From IMG/VR virus record IMGVR_UViG_3300044634_001040: 20,000 bases of DNA. The stretch is one strand, 5' to 3'. Position 1 is the first letter of the stretch; every line of letters starts with the position of its first letter. The notes beneath the pieces are model-generated. The model did not search any database. It had not been told where the DNA came from and was given only the letters and a program-made list of their open reading frames with translations. Positions 15,767 through 20,000 of the stretch are shown in pieces. The DNA comes from an uncultured virus (IMG/VR IMGVR_UViG_3300044634_001040) (Duplodnaviria; Heunggongvirae; Uroviricota; Caudoviricetes). The position numbers were made by a program, and so were the translations under genes.

Positions 15767-18169
15767 ATGGCAAAGCAAACCATCAATATCGGTACAACAG
15801 CGAACGATAGAACCGGTGATCCGTTAAGAACGGCATTCACGAAGATTAACCAGAACTTTACTGAACTCTATAACGATGACGCTGCAGATTTTTCTGGAAA
15901 CTATAACGATCTGTCGAATAAGCCAAACTTAAACTTGTATCAGTTAGTAAGTACCGCTTTTTCTGGTGACTATGATGACTTGGATAACAAACCAACGATA
16001 CCAACTGACATTTCTGATCTTACAGATGCGAATAATTTAATTGTATCTGACGTGTCAGACTTGACGGATACTTCCAATATCATTGAAAGAAAATATAGTA
16101 TCATAAAACAGAACTATGTTATTAAAGATAAGGCAGCGACCGCAATTGAAAATGGTGAGCTTATACCACAAGACTTAAGCGAAAACTATATAGGTAACAC
16201 TGAGGACACTCGTGTTCTAAACTTTAGCACAGAGTCTGAGGACGGCGCTTCTTTCTCTACTCTTTTTGAAAGCGCGGTATTTAATAAGCAAGCTTTTGAA
16301 CTGTTCATTACAGATCACCAAGGTAACGATGACGTATTCTTTACAAAGGCGGTGTCATATATACCAACCGACACAAACAACTATAGAGGGTTTAGCGCGT
16401 CGTTCTCTACAATATATAACACCGGTATACCAAGTATAAATCAAATCGTAATTACATCAGAAGCCGTAAACCCAAATACAAGTGTTACACAAACTGAGGA
16501 CGACGATTTCGCAGTTTCGAATATAAGTGGTTCCGCAACGGTTGCTGTTATATCAATCTTTAGAGGTTCTGAAGATCCGATCGGAAGAGGACAGCTGTGG
16601 GAATTCTTTAAAGAGTACGTTGATCTAGTTCTATACACAGGAGATACTCAGAATAGCACTGCGACTATAAAGACTAGGTTCTATCAACATATTGAGTCTC
16701 TTAAGTCAAAAGTTCCAGTTCTTTATCCAGATTTTTGGTTCTACGAAGGTAGCGAAATAACTGCCAATTCGAGCATAGTTACGGGCGGGTCTGGAACTGG
16801 CGCCGCATTCGGTCTGCTTTTTGGTAGATATGAAGGCGAGTCTTGGAGAGACAATAGCTTACTTAATGGCGGGACTGGTTATGAAGTCGGCGACACTCTA
16901 ACGATATTGGGAACTAACTTAGGTGGAACTAGTAACAATAATGTAAGTATTCTAATCTCGGGTGCTGATGAAAACGGTGTTATTACCTCATACACAGTTT
17001 CAGGAACGGCCGTGAATATATGGCCTGCTACTGAAATTTCAGGTGGTGGATCTGGCCAGTACGATACTTCCGGAAATATTATAAACACGAACCGATCAAC
17101 GGGCATAGATTATAATGATGGCAACAGAGTACCATCTGCTGGAACTGCAGCCACACCGTTTGGATCGGCAAGTAGCTATGTAACTCTATATAAAGACTCT
17201 ATCTTTTCTATGGTTGCAAAAGATGCAGACATAACGAGTGTATACTTCTCAGGTACACTTGGATCCGAAGGCGACATAGAAAAGACGCATGGAGAGCTTG
17301 AAGGAGTAATCGGTTATAAAGTAGAAGTTGGCGGCCTATCTGTAACAGGGAACTGGGTTGAAGATAGAGAGTACACCGTTTCTTACAGCTATGCAGGGTA
17401 TGATTTCCCAAGAACTGCGGCTGGTTCTATAACCAGTACAAATGTGTCTAACTGGAACACAGCTTATTCTTGGGGTGATCATGCTCTAGCTGGGTATTTA
17501 ACAGGAGCAGCTTCATTCACTGAGTTGGAAGACATAATCCCGGCAGAAGATCTAACTTACGACATCGGTTCTCTGTCAAACTATTGGAGCGACCTCTATG
17601 TAAATACAATATTTATGAAAGGTGACGAGTTCAATGACACGTCTGGAAGTATAAGAACTGACTTTTCTTCGATTCTATTCACTGCTATTCCTGCAAACAC
17701 GGTTTCAGTCGCTGCAAACACCGGACCTTTCTATGCTATAGGGCTGTTTCCGACAGTAGACTCAGGTTCTGAGGACCATTTTATAATCGTAGATGCAATA
17801 AGACCGAATGATATTCGTATCCGTGCCGGCGGAATTGAAGATGACAGTGAGTCGAATTTAACAATAGGCGGAAATAACAGTTACTTTAGAGTTGAGTCCG
17901 GATTAAATCCTGATTTACAAGTCGCTGCAAATAACAATGTTTGGACATTTGGTGCGAATGGATCTATAATTTTTCCAGACGAAACCTTACAGAATACTGC
18001 CTGGTCTGGCGGAAGGGTAGTGCCAGTTCCATCAAGTAGTATTGGGGCATTAGGAGATAAGACTGGCGACATATCCTTTAGTTCTTCTTACATATATTAT
18101 TGCACTGCGAACTATAATGGTTCTACTAATATCTGGAAAAGAACTGCTTGGTCACTAGACACTTGGTAA
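15767..18169 (+). CDS. Fibre-like structural protein (800 aa) with a gp9/gp10-type N-terminal domain
   Basis: MAKQTINIGTTANDRTGDPLRTAFTKINQNFTELY is a gp9/gp10 N-terminal motif. It also has FSG.Y.DL.NKP x2, SDLTD repeats, NWNTAYSWGDHA, IIP....YDIGS....W.DLY and a C-terminal G..GD..GDI.....YIYYC......IWKR fibre motif. GAGG SD at ~15758. Confidence 0.72.
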   Translation: MAKQTINIGTTANDRTGDPLRTAFTKINQNFTELYNDDAADFSGNYNDLSNKPNLNLYQLVSTAFSGDYDDLDNKPTIPTDISDLTDANNLIVSDVSDLTDTSNIIERKYSIIKQNYVIKDKAATAIENGELIPQDLSENYIGNTEDTRVLNFSTESEDGASFSTLFESAVFNKQAFELFITDHQGNDDVFFTKAVSYIPTDTNNYRGFSASFSTIYNTGIPSINQIVITSEAVNPNTSVTQTEDDDFAVSNISGSATVAVISIFRGSEDPIGRGQLWEFFKEYVDLVLYTGDTQNSTATIKTRFYQHIESLKSKVPVLYPDFWFYEGSEITANSSIVTGGSGTGAAFGLLFGRYEGESWRDNSLLNGGTGYEVGDTLTILGTNLGGTSNNNVSILISGADENGVITSYTVSGTAVNIWPATEISGGGSGQYDTSGNIINTNRSTGIDYNDGNRVPSAGTAATPFGSASSYVTLYKDSIFSMVAKDADITSVYFSGTLGSEGDIEKTHGELEGVIGYKVEVGGLSVTGNWVEDREYTVSYSYAGYDFPRTAAGSITSTNVSNWNTAYSWGDHALAGYLTGAASFTELEDIIPAEDLTYDIGSLSNYWSDLYVNTIFMKGDEFNDTSGSIRTDFSSILFTAIPANTVSVAANTGPFYAIGLFPTVDSGSEDHFIIVDAIRPNDIRIRAGGIEDDSESNLTIGGNNSYFRVESGLNPDLQVAANNNVWTFGANGSIIFPDETLQNTAWSGGRVVPVPSSSIGALGDKTGDISFSSSYIYYCTANYNGSTNIWKRTAWSLDTW

Positions 18170-18178
18170 GGAAAATAC

Positions 18179-18994
18179 ATGGCCTTTGTAAATCACTTCT
18201 ATAATGCGACTACGCGGAAGTATGTTGCGCTATTCGGTACTATCTTTAATAAGATCTCGATCACTCGAGACGGCTTAGATGGTGCTGAAGTGCAGCGTAT
18301 GGTAGTTCCAATTGCATACGGCCCGTTTCAAAAGTTTCTTGCTCGTATCACGCAGGATCCAGATCTAACTCGTAAGACTGCTATCTCTCTTCCTCGTATG
18401 TCTTTTGAAATCACAAATATGACATACGATGGAGCGAGAAAGATACCATCGAAGCAAAAGATTCAAAAGAACCTAGGTGAGACAGATAGCCAAAAATCAT
18501 ATGTGTGGACGGCGACACCATATAACCTCGACTTTTCTCTTTATATAATGACTAAGTATTCGGAAGATGCAACAAAGATCGTAGAGCAGATCATACCATT
18601 CTTTAAACCAGAGTGGACAGCTACGGTTAAGTTGATTAACGACCTTGATCCTATTGATATTCCTATCATTTTGAATGGAATTACGAACGAGGATCTATAC
18701 GAAGGAGGCTTTGAAGAAAGAAGATCCGTCCTATGGACTCTTAACTTTACTATGAAGGGCTGGTACTTTGGTCCTGAAAGAGAAAAGAAGATCATTAAGT
18801 TCATAGACACAGATATCTGGACATCTATGGACGCATCTTCGGATCCTTCTGAAGGTGTCAATGTATATCCAGGTCTAACCGCAAACAACGTGCCGACGAC
18901 AGATCCTGACCTAACTATTCCATACGAAGAAATCCAGTTTGACGATGATTGGGGAATCATACGAGTCATAACAAGTAACCCAGAAGAAGAGTGA
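18179..18994 (+). CDS. gp15: Tail sheath stabiliser / tail terminator (T4 gp15-like)
   Basis: FYNATTRKYVALFGTIFN, VPIAYGP..KFLAR, LPRMSFE...YD..RK, PYNLDFSL, QIVEQIIPFF.P, WTLNFTMKGWYFGP. Confidence 0.93.
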   Translation: MAFVNHFYNATTRKYVALFGTIFNKISITRDGLDGAEVQRMVVPIAYGPFQKFLARITQDPDLTRKTAISLPRMSFEITNMTYDGARKIPSKQKIQKNLGETDSQKSYVWTATPYNLDFSLYIMTKYSEDATKIVEQIIPFFKPEWTATVKLINDLDPIDIPIILNGITNEDLYEGGFEERRSVLWTLNFTMKGWYFGPEREKKIIKFIDTDIWTSMDASSDPSEGVNVYPGLTANNVPTTDPDLTIPYEEIQFDDDWGIIRVITSNPEEE

Positions 18995-19431
18995 AAATGA
19001 ACAATGATAAAATTTCAGAGGTTCTTGGTCTTAGACCTTTAGAAGAAGCAAAATCAGAAGAACTTGTGGTTGTATACGAAGAAAAGGAAGTCATCACTGC
19101 TGTTGCAACAGTCGTAGAAGACGATGAAACAATTCGAGATATCGAACAGGTTCGCGGAAACATCAAGAACATTATAGAGCAAGGCGATGACGCATTAAAG
19201 GAAATGATTAGTCTTGCAAAACAATCTGAGTCTCCACGTGCGTTTGAAGTTGCGTCAACTCTTATGAAGACTCTCCTCGATGCTAACAAAGATTTCGTTG
19301 AAATCTCTACGAAGAAGAAGTACGCAATTGAAGAAAAGAATGGTCCTAAGGAAGCTGCTCAGACGAACGTAACGAATAACAATCTCATACTCTCGACAGC
19401 AGATCTTCTTAAGATGTTAAAGGGTGAATAA
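18991..19431 (+). CDS. gp16: Terminase small subunit (T4 gp16-like)
   Basis: D...VRGNIKNIIEQG.DAL..MI.LA..SESPRAFEVASTL.K, TNNNLILSTADLLKML; lies between gp15 and gp17. The start may be GTG18991 or ATG18997. Confidence 0.9.
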   Translation: MKMNNDKISEVLGLRPLEEAKSEELVVVYEEKEVITAVATVVEDDETIRDIEQVRGNIKNIIEQGDDALKEMISLAKQSESPRAFEVASTLMKTLLDANKDFVEISTKKKYAIEEKNGPKEAAQTNVTNNNLILSTADLLKMLKGE

Positions 19432-20000
19432 TGGGTGACGGATATCTTGGTAATATACACTTAAAGAAAACTGGTGAACCAATCGAATGGACGCCGGAAC
19501 TCATAAAGGAATACGTTAAGTGTTCTGAAGATCCAATATATTTCGCTAAGAAGTATATTAAGATCGTTCACGTTGATCACGGTCTCATTCCTCTCGACAT
19601 GTATGACTATCAGAAAGAGATAGTTGAAAAGATTACAAACAATCGTCGTCTTGCAGTTCTTACGGCTCGCCAGTCTGGTAAAACGACTACGGCCGTCGCA
19701 GTGATTCTACACTACATACTCTTTAACGAGTTTAAGACTGTCGCCATCCTTGCGAACAAGGGAGACGCAGCGAGGGAAGTTCTTGCTCGTATTAAACTTG
19801 CGTATGAAGCTCTACCTAAGTGGCTACAGCAGGGCATTGAAGAATGGAACAAAGGAAACATCGCTCTCGAGAACGGATGTAACGTTTTGGCCGGAACAAC
19901 GTCTTCTTCGGCTATTCGTGGTAAGACGGTGTCGTTCCTCTATCTAGACGAGGTAGCCTTCATCGAGGGATACGATGAATTCTTTGCATCGGTATATCCA
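19431..20000 (+). CDS. gp17: Terminase large subunit (T4 gp17-like), 3'-truncated; absent from the ORF track
   Basis: TAATG overlap with gp16. Reads MGDGYLGNIHLKK...KCSEDPIYFAKKYIKI...YDYQ, with Walker A ARQSGKTT (19665-19688) and Walker B FLYLDE (19935-19952); open to the window end. Confidence 0.96.
   Translation, partial: MGDGYLGNIHLKKTGEPIEWTPELIKEYVKCSEDPIYFAKKYIKIVHVDHGLIPLDMYDYQKEIVEKITNNRRLAVLTARQSGKTTTAVAVILHYILFNEFKTVAILANKGDAAREVLARIKLAYEALPKWLQQGIEEWNKGNIALENGCNVLAGTTSSSAIRGKTVSFLYLDEVAFIEGYDEFFASVYP

Noticed and set aside
3481..19289. Numerous short minus-strand ORFs (63-167 aa)
   Set aside because: They lie antisense to well-supported plus-strand genes and have no recognisable motifs.
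14892..19947. Short plus-strand ORFs 14892..15122 and 19750..19947
   Set aside because: They are out-of-frame overlaps with gp13/gp14 and gp17.
1..20000. Stop-codon reassignment (no gene ends in TAG)
   Set aside because: All genes are full length under the standard code with no in-frame TAG or TGA; TAA preference is normal for AT-rich phages.
19431..20000. Intron, intein or homing endonuclease in the terminase
   Set aside because: The visible part is collinear from the N-terminus through Walker A and Walker B with no insertion.
1..20000. DGR, invertible fibre cassette, tRNA or integrase
   Set aside because: I saw no reverse transcriptase, recombinase, TR/VR pair or tRNA cloverleaf. The intergenic gaps are short and are accounted for by promoters and hairpins.

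Overview
This is a 20-kb segment of the late/structural region of a large T4-like myovirus, with every credible gene on the + strand. The right part carries the conserved neck and packaging genes gp13, gp14, gp15, gp16 and the 5' part of gp17. An 800-aa fibre-like gene sits between gp14 and gp15, and a 1718-aa repetitive virion protein precedes gp13. Perfect T4 late promoter boxes (TATAAATA) lie before the 1718-aa gene and before gp13. The left part encodes a 5'-truncated Gly-X-Gln collagen fibre with a C1q/TNF-like domain and an S74 chaperone, then a small fibre-like protein. A tightly coupled five-gene glycan/modification cassette follows: two GH130/GT91-like beta-propeller paralogues, a TPR-methyltransferase, a GT17-like + 2OG-Fe(II) oxygenase fusion, and a nucleotidyltransferase + PMI-type cupin fusion. 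The best candidates for new biology are (1) a phage virion/collagen glycosylation and modification system, (2) a multi-stem RNA switch or pseudoknot wrapped around the gp13 late promoter and RBS, and (3) a triple ITAD tail on gp14 next to a fibre with a gp9/gp10-type N-terminus. All family assignments come from motif recognition by eye; no database searches were run.
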